The notes: generated by a model from the sequence alone, not told the origin. Counted from the first letter of the whole stretch, positions 10,489 through 22,705 are shown. The stretch is 63,876 nucleotides of DNA, filler included, from an uncultured bacterium (GCA_964471275.1; 3 parts of 3 records of this genome joined end to end with filler, not necessarily neighbours in it); one strand, 5' to 3'. Numbers and translations: made by a program.

Positions 10489-11676
10489 ATGGACCGACCG
10501 AAGATTGCGGCGATCACGACCGAGTTCCGAAAATACTCGCATACCCAACACATCGTCGATCGATTCCTGGAAGGATACGGGTGGGAGGGGAAGCATCACG
10601 TTCCAGAAATGGATCTGGTATCCCTGTATGTCGATCAGAGACCCGAAGGAGACCTAAGCGGCGATCGAGCGAGCAGATTTCCGACAATGCGCGTGTGCCC
10701 CACAGTGGCAGATGCGTTGATGCTCGATACGAACGTGCTCGCAGTCGATGGCGTTCTGCTGATCGGTGAGCACGGCAATTACGATCAGAACGAGAAGGGG
10801 CAGCGCCTCTACCCACGGTATGAGCTGTTCAAGCAGATTGTGGCCGTGTTCCGTGCATCGGGACGCTCGGTTCCCGTGTTCAATGACAAGCATCTGTCGT
10901 GGAATTGGGAATGGGCACAGGAGATGTATGACACATCCCGCGAGATGGGTTTCCCGTTCATGGCCGGGTCCTCTCTACCCGTGACCTGGCGGACCCCATC
11001 GATCGAGTTCCCTCACGGGGCGAGAGTCGAAGAGGCGGTCTGTGTCTGCTACGGCGGTGTCGACAGCTATGACTTTCACGGCTTGGAGACACTTCAGTGT
11101 ATGGTCGAGCGTCGGGAAGGTGGGGAATCAGGTGTCAATTGGGTTCAGGCTTACCGAGGAGACGGATTCTGGAAAGCTTACTATGACGGCGTCTGGTCAC
11201 GCGAACTCGTTGAGTCCGCATTGTGCCGCAGCCATACGCTGACGCCTTCACGCCCGGGTTTCAATCACGTGTTCCCGACAATCGATGAGATGAAGACGCT
11301 CGTCGAGGATCCCGTGGCCTACGTCTACGAGCACGCAGATGGGGTGCAATGCACGATGCTGCTGCTGCGAGGGCTTCTACAGGATTTCAACTTCGCTGCA
11401 CGGATGGGAGACGGGAGCAAGCTTTCCACGCAAATGTATCTGCCGATGCCGCCGGCAAGAGCCACGCTTGCGAGCTTTTTTACGCCGCTCGTGAACAACG
11501 TAGAGCGGATGTTCTTGACGGGGGAGGAAACCTATCCTCTGGAGCGGACGCTTGTGACGACCGGTTTGACGGCGGCAGGAGTCGACAGCCTCCATCAGGA
11601 CGGGGCGCGTATCGAGACCCCACATCTGGATATCCGGTATCAGGTATCCGAAGCTTCGACCTTCTGGAGGACGTGA
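10489..11676 (+). CDS. Conserved protein of unknown function with a Gfo/Idh/MocA-like Rossmann fold (paralog 1)
   Basis: 395-aa ORF with VDGVLLIGEHG, VPVFNDKHL and MAGSSLPVTWR shared with the next gene. Confidence 0.8.
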   Translation: MDRPKIAAITTEFRKYSHTQHIVDRFLEGYGWEGKHHVPEMDLVSLYVDQRPEGDLSGDRASRFPTMRVCPTVADALMLDTNVLAVDGVLLIGEHGNYDQNEKGQRLYPRYELFKQIVAVFRASGRSVPVFNDKHLSWNWEWAQEMYDTSREMGFPFMAGSSLPVTWRTPSIEFPHGARVEEAVCVCYGGVDSYDFHGLETLQCMVERREGGESGVNWVQAYRGDGFWKAYYDGVWSRELVESALCRSHTLTPSRPGFNHVFPTIDEMKTLVEDPVAYVYEHADGVQCTMLLLRGLLQDFNFAARMGDGSKLSTQMYLPMPPARATLASFFTPLVNNVERMFLTGEETYPLERTLVTTGLTAAGVDSLHQDGARIETPHLDIRYQVSEASTFWRT

Positions 11677-11677
11677 G

Positions 11678-12851
11678 ATGAAACGAGTGGCCGTCATCTC
11701 CACAGTCTATGCGCACCTGAAGCACACGCAGCACTTCATCGATCGCTTGCTGGTCGGTTATCCTTACGAGGGCGAATGGATTCGCCCGGATGTGAAAGTC
11801 GTCTCACTCTATGTGGACCAGCGTACGGAAGGCGATCAGAGTCAGGATCGAGCGCGTGAATTCGGATTCGGCATCTATCCGACGATCCCGGAAGCGCTTC
11901 GGTGTGGAGGNNNNNNNNNNGGTCGACGGTGTCTTGATTATCGGTGAGCACGGCGAGTACCCGTCGAACGAAAAGGGGCAGAAGCTGTATCCGCGGCATG
12001 CATTCTTCAAGCAGTGTGTCGAGGTGTTTGAGACAGATGGACGCGCGGTACCTGTCTACAACGACAAGCATCTTTCCTATAGCTGGACGAAGGCGGAGGA
12101 GATGGTCGCGGATTCCAAGCGGCTCGGATTTCCGATGTTAGCCGGATCCTCGCTTCCGGTGACCTGGCGCCTGCCGGATCTGGAACTCGAGTCGGGCTGC
12201 GTGATCGAGGAGGCGATGATGATCGGCGTGGGGGGGGCGGATGCCATGGACTACCACTGTCTGGAGGCGATGCAGTGCATGGTCGAGCGCCGGCAGGGCG
12301 GCGAGACAGGTGTGAAGTCCGTTCAGCTTATCGAGGGGGAGGCCGTCTGGCGTGCAGGCCGAGAGGGTGTATGGTCGGAGGCGTTGTTGGTCGCTGCGCT
12401 CTCCCGATGTGATTCGCCAAAGGGGCTGCCGGATGAGGATGGGCGAACGATCGATCTCTTCGGTAGCGGCGAGCTGCATCAACGTGTGCCCAAACCCGCG
12501 GCGTATAGGATCGAGTATCTGGATGGCGTGAGGGCGACCCTCCTGATGCTGAATGGCGGGATCTTCGACTACTGCTTTGCTGCAGATGTGGCGGGTGTGG
12601 GTGAACCCGTGTCGACACAGTTCTTTGTGACACCGACACCGAACGTTGACTACTCAGCGTCGCTTGTTCACAAGATCTGTGAGATGCTGGCGATCGGAAA
12701 ATCCCCGATCCCGGTCGAGCGAACACTGATCGTGAGCGGGATGCTGGAAGCGTGTCTGGACTCAAAGCTCGCAGGCAATCGGAAGTTGGAGACAGACCAG
12801 CTTCGGGTCTGCTACTCTCCTCCCGAGACGCCGCAGCACTTCTGCAGTTGA
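11678..12851 (+). CDS. Conserved protein of unknown function (paralog 2), interrupted by a 10-N gap
   Basis: ORFs 11678-11947 and 11811-12851 join across N at 11911-11920; same motifs as paralog 1. Confidence 0.8.
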
Positions 12852-13052
12852 GTGAAGGCTGGACGAGTTGGCTGAGGCCTTCTCTTGGTCTGGTACACAC
12901 TTCTCGTGAACTCCCCGACCGGGAGACCGGTCACGATTGTGTCATGAATCATCCTCCCTCCAGATTGTCTGGTGTCCCTGTTGCCTGATGGCTGAAGGGC
13001 CCGGCTCTGTCATCTGTCCTGTTCCAACAATCCTGTCTACGAGGCTATGTAA

Positions 13053-13834
13053 TTGGAAATACTCCTTACGAACGATGACAGTATCGATTCACCCCTCCTG
13101 GAACTGGCGATCGACGTGCTCAAACCGCTCGGCAATCTGAAGGTGGTGGTCCCGAAGGAGGAGCAAAGCTGGAAGGGAAAGTCGATCACGCGATTCAGCG
13201 ACATGGTGATGGAGTCGTGCACGATCCACGGTGTGGAGGGATGCTCGTTCACGGGTACGCCCGCGGATTGTACGAATTTCGCGATCTACAATCTGTATGG
13301 TGACAGCAAGCCCGACCTGGTCGTTTCCGGAATCAACATCGGAGCAAACACGGGCGTCTCGTTTACGTGGTCATCCGGCACAGTGGGCGCGTGTCTGGAG
13401 GCGAATATCGCGAGAGTGCCGGCCGTGGCACTGTCGCAGGCGCTGGACAACGAGGTGTTCTACAGCTGGGCGGACAACCGCGTGATCTCCTCGGAGACGA
13501 TCGATCTGTTGCGGGCACGAACCAACCATCAGCTTGGCATGGCCTTCGAAATGCTGATGAATCGAGCCGATTGGCTCGAAGAACCGATCACGTGGAACAT
13601 CAACATGCCGGTCACGCCTGCCGATGATTGCCGGCTGGTTTCCGCGTATCTCGGGCACGCGTTCTATGGTTCTATCTTCAAGAAGCGTGGGGGCGTCTTT
13701 GTACACGATGTGGAATCACCGGCACCCGACAAGGCCGAGTTGTCGGACACGGCGGTGGTTATGTACGGACACGTCAGCGTCACTCGACTTGATCTGCTGT
13801 CTTTTGGCCAGGAAACAGTGGAAATGACTCGTTG

Positions 13835-13835
<1 letters not shown>
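13053..13835 (+). CDS. surE: 5'/3'-nucleotidase SurE
   Basis: ILLTNDD, GTPADC, PDLVVSGINIGAN and SGTVGA motifs. Confidence 0.9.
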
Positions 13836-14295
<460 letters not shown>

Positions 14296-14326
14296 TGACT
14301 GAGTGCCGTAACGTGGGGGGCAGAAG

Positions 14327-15565
14327 ATAGAGTCAGAACAAGAGTCGCACGACGCATACGCCGCGTTCCGGATTCCCGATTACAGGCGGTATCTGGCGGG
14401 ATGGTTTGCGGCACTGATCGGGACACAGATCCAGGGCGTGGCGATCGGGTGGGAGATGTATCAGCGAACGGGAGAAGCGCTCGCCCTCGGATTTGTGGGT
14501 CTTGCACAGGCCGCTCCGACGATGGTGCTCGCGCTGCCGGCCGGTTATCTCGCAGATCGATTTTCACGGCGGAAGGTCGTCATTCTCAGTCTGACGGGTA
14601 TGACCGCGACATCGATCTGCCTCGCATTTCTCTCCCACACCGAGGGATCGATCGGCTGGATGTATGGATTGCTCGTGATGGATGCGACATTCGCGACGAT
14701 CGGCCGACCCGCCCGCTCAGCCTTTCTGCCACAGCTCGTTCCTCGCGACGTCTATCCGAATGCGGTTGCGTGGAGTACGAGCATGATGCAGCTGGGCTGG
14801 GTTATCGGCCCTGCAATCGGGGGCGTGATTATCGTGTGGAGCGTGCCGGGCGCCTACGTGGCCGCTGCAGTGGGTTCGACCCTTTATGCGATGCTTCTGT
14901 TGCGGATGTCGTTCCGGGCAACAGGGAGCGCCAGAGCCGAAGCACCTATGGAGGCGCTCTTTGGCGGGTTGACGTTCCTGAAGGGAAACCGACTCGTCCT
15001 CACGCTGATGTCGCTCGATATGTTCGCCGTACTGCTTGGGGGTGCGGTCTATCTCCTGCCGATTTACGCTGAGGAGATCCTGAACGTGGGGCCCGAAGGT
15101 TTCGGGTGGCTGCGTGCGGCGCCGGCGATGGGCGCCTTCTGTATGGCGCTCCTGATTGCACATCTCCCGCCGATGCAGCGCGCGGGTTGGAATCTACTGT
15201 TGGCTGTGGGTGCATTTGGTGCGGTGACGATCGTGTTCGGGATCTCGAGTTCTTACTGGCTCTCGTTTGCGATGCTCTTCCTGACGGGTCTGTTCGACAA
15301 CGTCAGTATGGTGATTCGCCACACACTCATCCAGCTGTCGACCCCTGATTCAATGCGTGGCAGGGTGAGCGCTGTGAGCGGCGTCTTTATCAGCGCTTCG
15401 AACGAACTTGGTGGGCTGGAATCTGGGGTTGCGGCACACTATTTTGGACCTGTATTTTCCGTTGTGAGCGGCGGCATCGGGACAATTTGCGTGGTGCTCG
15501 CAACGGGTGTGCTGTCACCGCGGTTGAGGAAGCACGGTGCCTTGACGAAGCCGTCCGATAATTGA
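14327..15565 (+). CDS. MFS transporter (H+ antiporter/EntS-like); start uncertain
   Basis: GYLADRFSRRK and PDSMRGRV motifs and multiple hydrophobic helices; frame is open upstream of GTG 14438 (DAYAAFRIPDYRRYL) back to an ATA at 14327. Confidence 0.85.
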   Translation: MESEQESHDAYAAFRIPDYRRYLAGWFAALIGTQIQGVAIGWEMYQRTGEALALGFVGLAQAAPTMVLALPAGYLADRFSRRKVVILSLTGMTATSICLAFLSHTEGSIGWMYGLLVMDATFATIGRPARSAFLPQLVPRDVYPNAVAWSTSMMQLGWVIGPAIGGVIIVWSVPGAYVAAAVGSTLYAMLLLRMSFRATGSARAEAPMEALFGGLTFLKGNRLVLTLMSLDMFAVLLGGAVYLLPIYAEEILNVGPEGFGWLRAAPAMGAFCMALLIAHLPPMQRAGWNLLLAVGAFGAVTIVFGISSSYWLSFAMLFLTGLFDNVSMVIRHTLIQLSTPDSMRGRVSAVSGVFISASNELGGLESGVAAHYFGPVFSVVSGGIGTICVVLATGVLSPRLRKHGALTKPSDN

Positions 15566-15583
15566 TGATGCGAGGATGGCGTT

Positions 15584-16845
15584 ATGATGTATCAACATAT
15601 CGAGCATCCAAAGCTGCTGCTGCCGGACGCGATGGTTGACGGAAGTGACGGGAAATCGAAGGCTGATCAGGCGGTGCTCATCGATGAGGGTTTGATCAGA
15701 GGAGTCGGTGATGTGGAGGCGGTGCGGAAGGATTGCCCGCACGGTACGGTCGATGTCGATCTGTCGGGTGCTACGTTATGTCCGGGATTGATCGATGGGC
15801 ATACGCATCTGAGCCTTGCCGGCGATGGTCGAAACTACGATGAGATGTTTTCCGAGACCGATGAGATGATGGTGATGACGGGCGCGATGAATATGATGAA
15901 ACATCTACGTGCAGGAATCACGACGATCCGGGAACACGGTGCTCGGAATCGGGTAGGATTTGCACTCAAGGAAGGTCTCGAGAGAGGCTATATCCCGGGC
16001 CCGAGTATGCAGGTGAGTGGACGTCCGATCACGTGTAAGGAGGGACACTTCTGGTTCTGTAATGAAGAGGCGAATGGCGAGGAGGAGATCCGGAAATCGG
16101 TTCGTCGGCTGATACACGAGGGGGCGGACTATATCAAGATCATGGCCTCTGGCGGGGGCACACGTGGGACGGTTCCCGGCAAGGCATCCTATACCGAAGA
16201 GGAACTGCACGCAGCCGTTCACGAAGCTCACCACTACGATCGGACGACTGCGGCACATTGCAGAGCGAGCCAATCCATGAAGCGGGCCGTCCAGGCAGGC
16301 ATCGACCTTATAGAGCACGCGGAGTTCCTCGATCCGGATGACGAGATGCGATTCGATCCGGAGATTGCCGCGATGATGGAGGAGAGTCGGATCTGGATCA
16401 GCCCGGCCCTGCAGGCGTGGACAAAGTATCCCCGGATCGTGGCGCTTCGGAATCAGCGAGATCTGGGATCGCTCTCTCACGACGGAGAACAAGAACTGGA
16501 TGCGCTGGAAAGGCGCGCGAGGTCCGACTCGATGTGATGCGGAAATTCATGGAATACGACGTAAAAGAGAGGGTGCTTCCCGGAACCGACTCGGGCGTCG
16601 GGATGCTGGAGTTTGGCCATCTCAATTACGACTTGGAGTTGCTGGTTGAGGTCGGGTTCACACCGGCCGAAGCGATCGTGTCGTCCACGCGGATCTCAGC
16701 GGACGCGGTTGGCAAGAGTGACACGATCGGGACGATTGAAGAAGGGAAGGTGGCGGATCTGGTCGCATTCGACGGTGATCCGTCGAGGGATATCTATGCC
16801 GCGCGTAAGGTCCGAGTGGTTTACCAGGAAGGGAAGCAGGTGTAG
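15584..16845 (+). pseudogene. Metal-dependent amidohydrolase (Xaa-Pro dipeptidase-like), frameshifted near 16515-16522
   Basis: PGLIDGHTH, IKIMASGG, AHC and IEH in ORF 15584-16537; GTDSG and GTIEEGKVADLV in ORF 16417-16845. Confidence 0.75.
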
Positions 16846-16965
16846 GGGGGATCAATAACCATTAACCATTGAAGGTCTGGAGGGGGCGGCGGGGTTTTGG
16901 GTGGGGACAGGGAGATTGGGATTCTGTAGTGGCATTCAATCATCAGCCAGTGAATCGGAGTAGAT

Positions 16966-17784
16966 ATGCAGAGCAATGTCGTGTATGGGATGTATTCGGG
17001 GCTGGCGCTTATGCTGGATGTGTATGAGCCAGAAGAGCCGAATGGGTATGGTGTCATCTTCATTTCCGGTAGCGGGTGGAGCGCGCCGCTGGGGATGGAT
17101 GCAACACCGCTCAAGCGGAGCGGGCAGGAACAGGTATACGCGGTCCCGCTGATGGAGGCGGGCTACACGACGTTCGCGATCAACCATCGCGCTGCTCCCC
17201 GCTTTACGTATCCCGATGCGATCGAAGATGCTCAGCGAGCGGTTCGATTCGCTCGTCACCACGCGGACGCGTATGGGATACGCAAGGATCGGATTGGTGC
17301 CCTGGGTGGATCGTCGGGGGGCCATCTCGTTCTGATGCTCGGATGTCTGAAGGCAGACGGAGATCCGGAGAGTGGGGATCCACTGTTGCAGGAGAGTGCG
17401 AACGTCCAGTGTGTTGTGGCTCGTGCGGCACCGTCCAACTTCATGATCGATGAGCAGTCATCCTACGCGTTCCTGAGGAGCCGCCCGCCTGGTGATGGTG
17501 ACACGGCGTCACCCGAGTATCAGATCCATCGGAACGCATCGCCCGTGACACACGTGAGTGCCGACTCGCCTCCGGCCCTGCTGATGCACGGATCGAACGA
17601 TGAGATAGTCGCGTACAACCAATCGGTTACGATGCTTGAAGTGCTTCAGAGTGCAGGTGTGACCTCGGAACTGTTGACGATCCCGGGAGGCGGTCACGGG
17701 GCGCGTTTCAGTGGGGCCCAAGAACCCGTACCCGACTATGTTGGTCGGTCGATCGCGTGGATGGACACGCACCTGAAAGATTGA
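16966..17784 (+). CDS. Alpha/beta hydrolase (esterase, BD-FAE-like)
   Basis: SGSGW oxyanion region, GGSSGGHL nucleophile, HGSNDEIV and GGGHG. Confidence 0.88.
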   Translation: MQSNVVYGMYSGLALMLDVYEPEEPNGYGVIFISGSGWSAPLGMDATPLKRSGQEQVYAVPLMEAGYTTFAINHRAAPRFTYPDAIEDAQRAVRFARHHADAYGIRKDRIGALGGSSGGHLVLMLGCLKADGDPESGDPLLQESANVQCVVARAAPSNFMIDEQSSYAFLRSRPPGDGDTASPEYQIHRNASPVTHVSADSPPALLMHGSNDEIVAYNQSVTMLEVLQSAGVTSELLTIPGGGHGARFSGAQEPVPDYVGRSIAWMDTHLKD

Positions 17785-17787
17785 TAC

Positions 17788-19819
17788 ATGAGTGACTTTG
17801 ACACAATCAGGGCCCGGCTGTTCGAGCGAGAGGTCTACGGGTACAACGAGCGACAGCGCATGAGTCTTGACCTGGCGAAGGTCCAGGCAACCGCCATGCA
17901 GGCTGGCGGAAGCTGGGCGGACGTGGACTACGCGAACCGTGGTCGGTCGACCTGGGATCCCGCTAAGCACCTGGCTCGCACGATCTTACTGCTGCGAGGC
18001 GCGCGCCACAGAGACACGGACCCCGACATCGCGCTACGTCTGATGGCCGCTGCTTCGAGTGCCCAGGGATTCTGGCTGGGAAGGCTGCCGGAGAGCGACA
18101 ATTGGTGGCACAACACGATTGGGGGGCCGACCGCGCTGATGCAAATTCTGATTCTCTTCGGCGAGGATCTAGGCACGCCCGGGTGGGACGCCACAATCGA
18201 GATTCTCGCTGGTGTAGAGATCGGCATGACCGGTCAGAACCGAGCCTGGGTGTCAACGATCAACTACGTTCGAGGTGTTCTGGTTGAGGATGCCGACCTG
18301 GTGCGTCTCGCGCTGAATGAAGTGGTCGGAGAAGTCAAGCTGTCAGACGGTCCCGAGGGAATTCAGCCGGGTTGGAGCTTCCATCAGCACGGACCGCAAC
18401 TCTACCAGGGCAACTATGGTGCTCACTTCCTGGAGACAGTAGCTCCGTTTGCCACCCTGCTTGCCGGCACTGCATTTGAAATGTCAGCCGATACCATCGG
18501 TCTTCTCACGAATCTCGCTCTGGAAGGGACAAGCTGGATGACCTGGGGCAGCCGGATGGATTATCACACTGTCGGCCGGTTTATCACCAGCCCGCACCGA
18601 AGTCGTTGGGAATCCGAAAAGCTGGTCGAGCCGTGCGAGCATCTTGCGGCAGTGAACGCGGATGCTGCGCCCGACCTGCTTGCGTTCAGAGATCGTCTGG
18701 AGGAAGTCAAGCGACCGGGTGAGGGGGCGCCAGTCGGCAACCGTTACTACTGGCGATCGGATTTCATGGTGCATCGCGCAGTTGATCGGTATCTGAGCGT
18801 TCGCATGAGTTCAACTCGAACAGTCCGCAGCGAGGCGTGCAATCAGGAAGGATTACAGAACTACCATCTTGGGGATGGTGTAACGCTCTTCATGCAGCGA
18901 GGAGATGAGTACGACGGGATCTTTCCCGCGTGGGACTGGAAGCGATTACCTGGCGTGACTTGCCAGCGGACAGAAGATCCGCTTCCGGTGTTGAGAACGG
19001 CGAAGGGCGCGGATCTCTTTGTGGGGGGGGGCCTCGGACGGCGCGAGCGGACTGGCTGCCATGCGGGCGATTCGAGATGGAGTGTCCGCCCGGAAAGCCT
19101 GGTTCTGCCGTGACGGCATTATCGTCTGTCTCGGATCCGACATCACGTCCCACGCGCGTTACCCGGTGGTCACTTCCATCAATCAGTGTCTGATGAAGGG
19201 TGACGTTCACATCGGTACGTGGGAAGGGCCCGAAAAGTTCCTGTATACAGACCGGCTCTTTGGCGGACTACCGTGGGTACACCACGACGGGATCGGTTAT
19301 CTGTTGATGCAGCAGATGGCGGTCGATGTGCGCAAGGAGCCCCAGTGGGGTGCGTGGAGAGACATCAACGGGAATATGTCCGAGGACCGCGTGATGCGGG
19401 ATGTGTTCAGCGTCTGGATCGATCATGGATTCGGCCCCCAGGATGCACACTATGCGTATGCGGTGGCCATGAATGTGGATGTGCACGAGACGGCGGCGCT
19501 CAGCATGTCACCCCCGTTCACTATCCGTGAGAATTCCACAGACATTCAGGTCATTCGATGGAAGGACGGATTGATACAGGCCGCATTCTGGAAACCGGGG
19601 ATCGTCAAAGTGACGGATGATTGCACCGTGGCAGTCGATCAAGGTTGTGTGTTGATGGCGAAGCAAGCCGAGAAGGGATTGACGCTGACTGTCGCGAATC
19701 CGAACCAACTCTCCGAGCAGATAGATATCCAGGTGAACCGGGGTGGGGAAGTGAGCAATGTGTCGGTGGACTTCCCGCAGGGCGGTCTTGCGGGAAGCAG
19801 CGTTCACCTCAACGTGTAG
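17788..19819 (+). pseudogene. Polysaccharide lyase family 8 (chondroitin AC/hyaluronate lyase-like), +1 frameshift in the G9 tract 19023-19031
   Basis: NWWHNTIG, MTGQNR, SFHQHGPQLYQGNYG and WDWKRLPGVT, then FVGG-ASDG continuing in ORF 19019-19819 (RKAWF, VWIDHG). Confidence 0.85.
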
Positions 19820-19822
19820 GCG

Positions 19823-20596
19823 CTACCGCATCAGTTCTGAGGCGGTGGCGAAGCTCCGGGTGACCGCATCCAGAGGGTTCGGGAGGTCGTTCTTGATCTC
19901 CAGGCTGACCGGGCCATCGTAACCGATGTCGCCCAGGACACCGAAGAAGTCCTTCAGCGAGTCTCTTGTCTGTACGCCATCCGTCAACGCCAGATGAAGG
20001 TCATTGATACCATCGTTGTCATCGAGGTGTACATATCCGAGCCGGTCGTCCACACCCTCGAGGGCGATGGCGGGGTCTTCATTCGACATCTGAGCGTGCC
20101 CGACGTCGAATAGAAGGTAGAGGTTCGGGTGTCCTGTGTCTCGGATGAAGTCGAGTGTTGACGCAACCGTTGGAAACGCGGTACCCGGGAAGTGCTCGAT
20201 GCAGACCCTTACACCGAGAGCATGTCCGTGCTCGGCAATGGCCGTGTAGTGGGTGGCGTAACGCTCAAACGTTTCCGCATCTGTCTGTCGACCGGGTACG
20301 ACGTAGGCCCACCGTGCTCCCTGCGAAGCTGCGTGAACAAGTCCCTCCTTGACGTGCTGCATCAAGGGTTCCACTACCGCTGGATTGTCCGAGTTGAAAG
20401 TTGCGTCTTCCGGCTTTTCGTGGGAGGCTGCGAGACAGATAACATCCAAATCCAATTCTTCACGCGTCGCGCAGGCTTCGTCAGATCGCAACCAGCTCGG
20501 TCGGATGTCGACGGCGGTCAACCCCAGTTCGCTCAGGATCGTCAGTGTCTGAGGTTCTGGGTTGCTCAACGCCCACGCACAGCATGAAAGCTCCAT
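19823..20596 (-). CDS. Sugar phosphate isomerase/epimerase (xylose isomerase-like TIM barrel)
   Basis: CIEH, LFDVGH, YVHLDDN and GYDGPVSLE motifs. Confidence 0.88.
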   Translation of the reverse strand: MELSCCAWALSNPEPQTLTILSELGLTAVDIRPSWLRSDEACATREELDLDVICLAASHEKPEDATFNSDNPAVVEPLMQHVKEGLVHAASQGARWAYVVPGRQTDAETFERYATHYTAIAEHGHALGVRVCIEHFPGTAFPTVASTLDFIRDTGHPNLYLLFDVGHAQMSNEDPAIALEGVDDRLGYVHLDDNDGINDLHLALTDGVQTRDSLKDFFGVLGDIGYDGPVSLEIKNDLPNPLDAVTRSFATASELMR

Positions 20597-20716
20597 CCTC
20601 AGCTCCCTTCGATAGTCCAGCGAACCAATCCTCGTGCGGAAACCAACCAATACGCAGACGCGCAAGACCACAACACGCAGAACAATGTAATTGCCGGAGA
20701 CAAGGAGCGGATAGGC

Positions 20717-21487
20717 TCAGGGAGCTACGATTCCGAGTTCACTCCGTCGTGCAACGATAAAGTCGGCGATATTCACGACTGTGTCGGTTCGAATGCGATC
20801 GCGATTCTCGTCGAGGTATGCGCACGTCTGTGTCAGCGCCTCCGTCTCGATCGCGATGTGTTCACCCCCCACGCCGTGCATACAGATTATCGCCCATTGG
20901 CCCTGCCCAGTCGCACTCTCGATGTAGTCGATCATGTCCTGCCCGCTGTGTCCGTTGACCGCCCACGCCCAGGTGTAAGTGAGGTCTATTAGCAACGGAT
21001 TGTTAGCACGCTCGCCCCCGCCTCTCCCGCAGATGAATCGTTCGGCCACGAGTGGAACGTAGGACTGCCGCTTGCGTCCTGATCCGACGTAGCTCTGGTA
21101 GCAGGGATAGCAGAAGCTCCGGTGTCCATTCTGTTCGGGGAACTCAGCGTTCATCGCCTCGGTCGCTTCATCAATCGTCGACGCAATGTCTTCGAGGGTC
21201 AGCTTCTCCAGACAGTTTTCAGCACTGAATCCGAAGTTGCACGAACAGGGATGACTGCACGTGTGGTTCCCGATTTCGTGGCCCTGCTGGCTGGCCTTCT
21301 TCCACCGAGGCAGGAGCGTCTCCCAGCGATCCCCGCGGCGTGGGTTCAGGTAGAATGTGCCCTTCAATCCGTGGTCGTTCAGACACGGTATGGCATTGTC
21401 GAGCTGTGTCACAATACCGTCGTCAAAGCTGAGCGAGACGGCCCCGGAGAGGTTGTCCGGCCAGAAAGGGTTTTCATGGGAGGTCAT
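20717..21487 (-). CDS. Polysaccharide deacetylase (CE4/NodB) family protein
   Basis: SLSFDDG, GHEIGNHTCSH and SFCYP motifs. Confidence 0.88.
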   Translation of the reverse strand: MTSHENPFWPDNLSGAVSLSFDDGIVTQLDNAIPCLNDHGLKGTFYLNPRRGDRWETLLPRWKKASQQGHEIGNHTCSHPCSCNFGFSAENCLEKLTLEDIASTIDEATEAMNAEFPEQNGHRSFCYPCYQSYVGSGRKRQSYVPLVAERFICGRGGGERANNPLLIDLTYTWAWAVNGHSGQDMIDYIESATGQGQWAIICMHGVGGEHIAIETEALTQTCAYLDENRDRIRTDTVVNIADFIVARRSELGIVAP

Positions 21488-21569
21488 AATAGATCGTTAA
21501 TCGAATGGAAATCGCGTGGGGCAGGGGGCTTGGATAATCTACGGCCCAAGCTCCCTGCCTCATGTGCCT

Positions 21570-22544
21570 TTATGTAGGCAACACCCCAATGTCGTCGCCT
21601 TCGCGGAACCGCAACGCATCATCGATCATGCGAACGATATCGTATTGCGGCTCGAAGCCGATCAGGTTGCGTGCCTTCGACAGGTCGAACTGGTAATGTG
21701 TCGGCGTCCCCTGGGAGACTACATCGATGTAGGGAATGCCGAGTTTCTCGGAAAGGTAGGGGATCGCTTCGTCCCAGGTGAAGGCTTTGGGCCCGGCGAC
21801 TTGGATGGTCTCCCCGTGTGCGGCTTCCTTGCACAGGGCGTCCACGCATCCCTGGACGATGTCGCGGACATCGGCGATGTGCTTCTTGTATGATCGGTTC
21901 TGCTTATCGCGCAGGATGACCAGACGTTCATCATCCTTCCAGTGTCCGGCCAGGTCGGGACGATTCTTCAGTTTGCTCAGGTAGAATTGCGGAAAATCCA
22001 GGATCTCACCTGCACCGACTACCAGACAGAATCGGATGATCGTGATGGGCATGTGGAAGGTGCGGATATACCCGTTACACAGTTCTTCTCCGACCGATTT
22101 CGAGAGCGCATACCAGCCCGACGGTTTGCGAGGCATTCCGTCTTCAGTGATCGGCTCGTCCAGCCCCTCGGGCGGATACTTCGCATACTGGGCGTCGGTG
22201 CTCGCAAAGACCAGGTGCTTGAGTTGGTCGTTTTTCCTTGCCGCTTCGAGTACGTTGAAGGTGCCGCGGATGTTGATGTCGAAATAGTCACTTTTCGAAA
22301 AAGGTCCGCCGCCCTGGAAGGCTGCCCCAAGATGATATATGGCATCCACACCATCGACGACGTGCTTTACGTCATCTGCCTCCGTCAATGACCCTTCGAT
22401 CAGCTCGATCCCGAGTGACTGCAGCTTTTCTATCCGTGGGTCTCTGGGCCAGACGAATCCGCGAATGTCGTGACCTTCGGCACGGAGACTAGCCGCAACG
22501 TTCGCGCCGATCCGTCCCGTGATTCCCGTGATCAATATCTTCAT
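21570..22544 (-). CDS. NAD-dependent epimerase/dehydratase
   Basis: ITGITGRIG and YALSK (YxxxK) motifs. Confidence 0.9.
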   Translation of the reverse strand: MKILITGITGRIGANVAASLRAEGHDIRGFVWPRDPRIEKLQSLGIELIEGSLTEADDVKHVVDGVDAIYHLGAAFQGGGPFSKSDYFDINIRGTFNVLEAARKNDQLKHLVFASTDAQYAKYPPEGLDEPITEDGMPRKPSGWYALSKSVGEELCNGYIRTFHMPITIIRFCLVVGAGEILDFPQFYLSKLKNRPDLAGHWKDDERLVILRDKQNRSYKKHIADVRDIVQGCVDALCKEAAHGETIQVAGPKAFTWDEAIPYLSEKLGIPYIDVVSQGTPTHYQFDLSKARNLIGFEPQYDIVRMIDDALRFREGDDIGVLPT

Positions 22545-22705
22545 TCTTGTCTCCTGTTGGTATTCTCAGTGGCTCCATGGATAACGCCAGAGTCGTTATT
22601 GGGCAAGAACTGTCGGGCCCAAGAGGCTTGCTGGAAGCGCCTGATTTCCGTATACAAGGACGCGTTCACGACACTGACATCTCCCGATTCAGAAGGAATT
22701 ATGCC

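Noticed and set aside
11911..11920. Apparent frameshifts at 11911-11920 and 32787-32796
   Set aside because: Both coincide with 10-N scaffold gaps of nominal length
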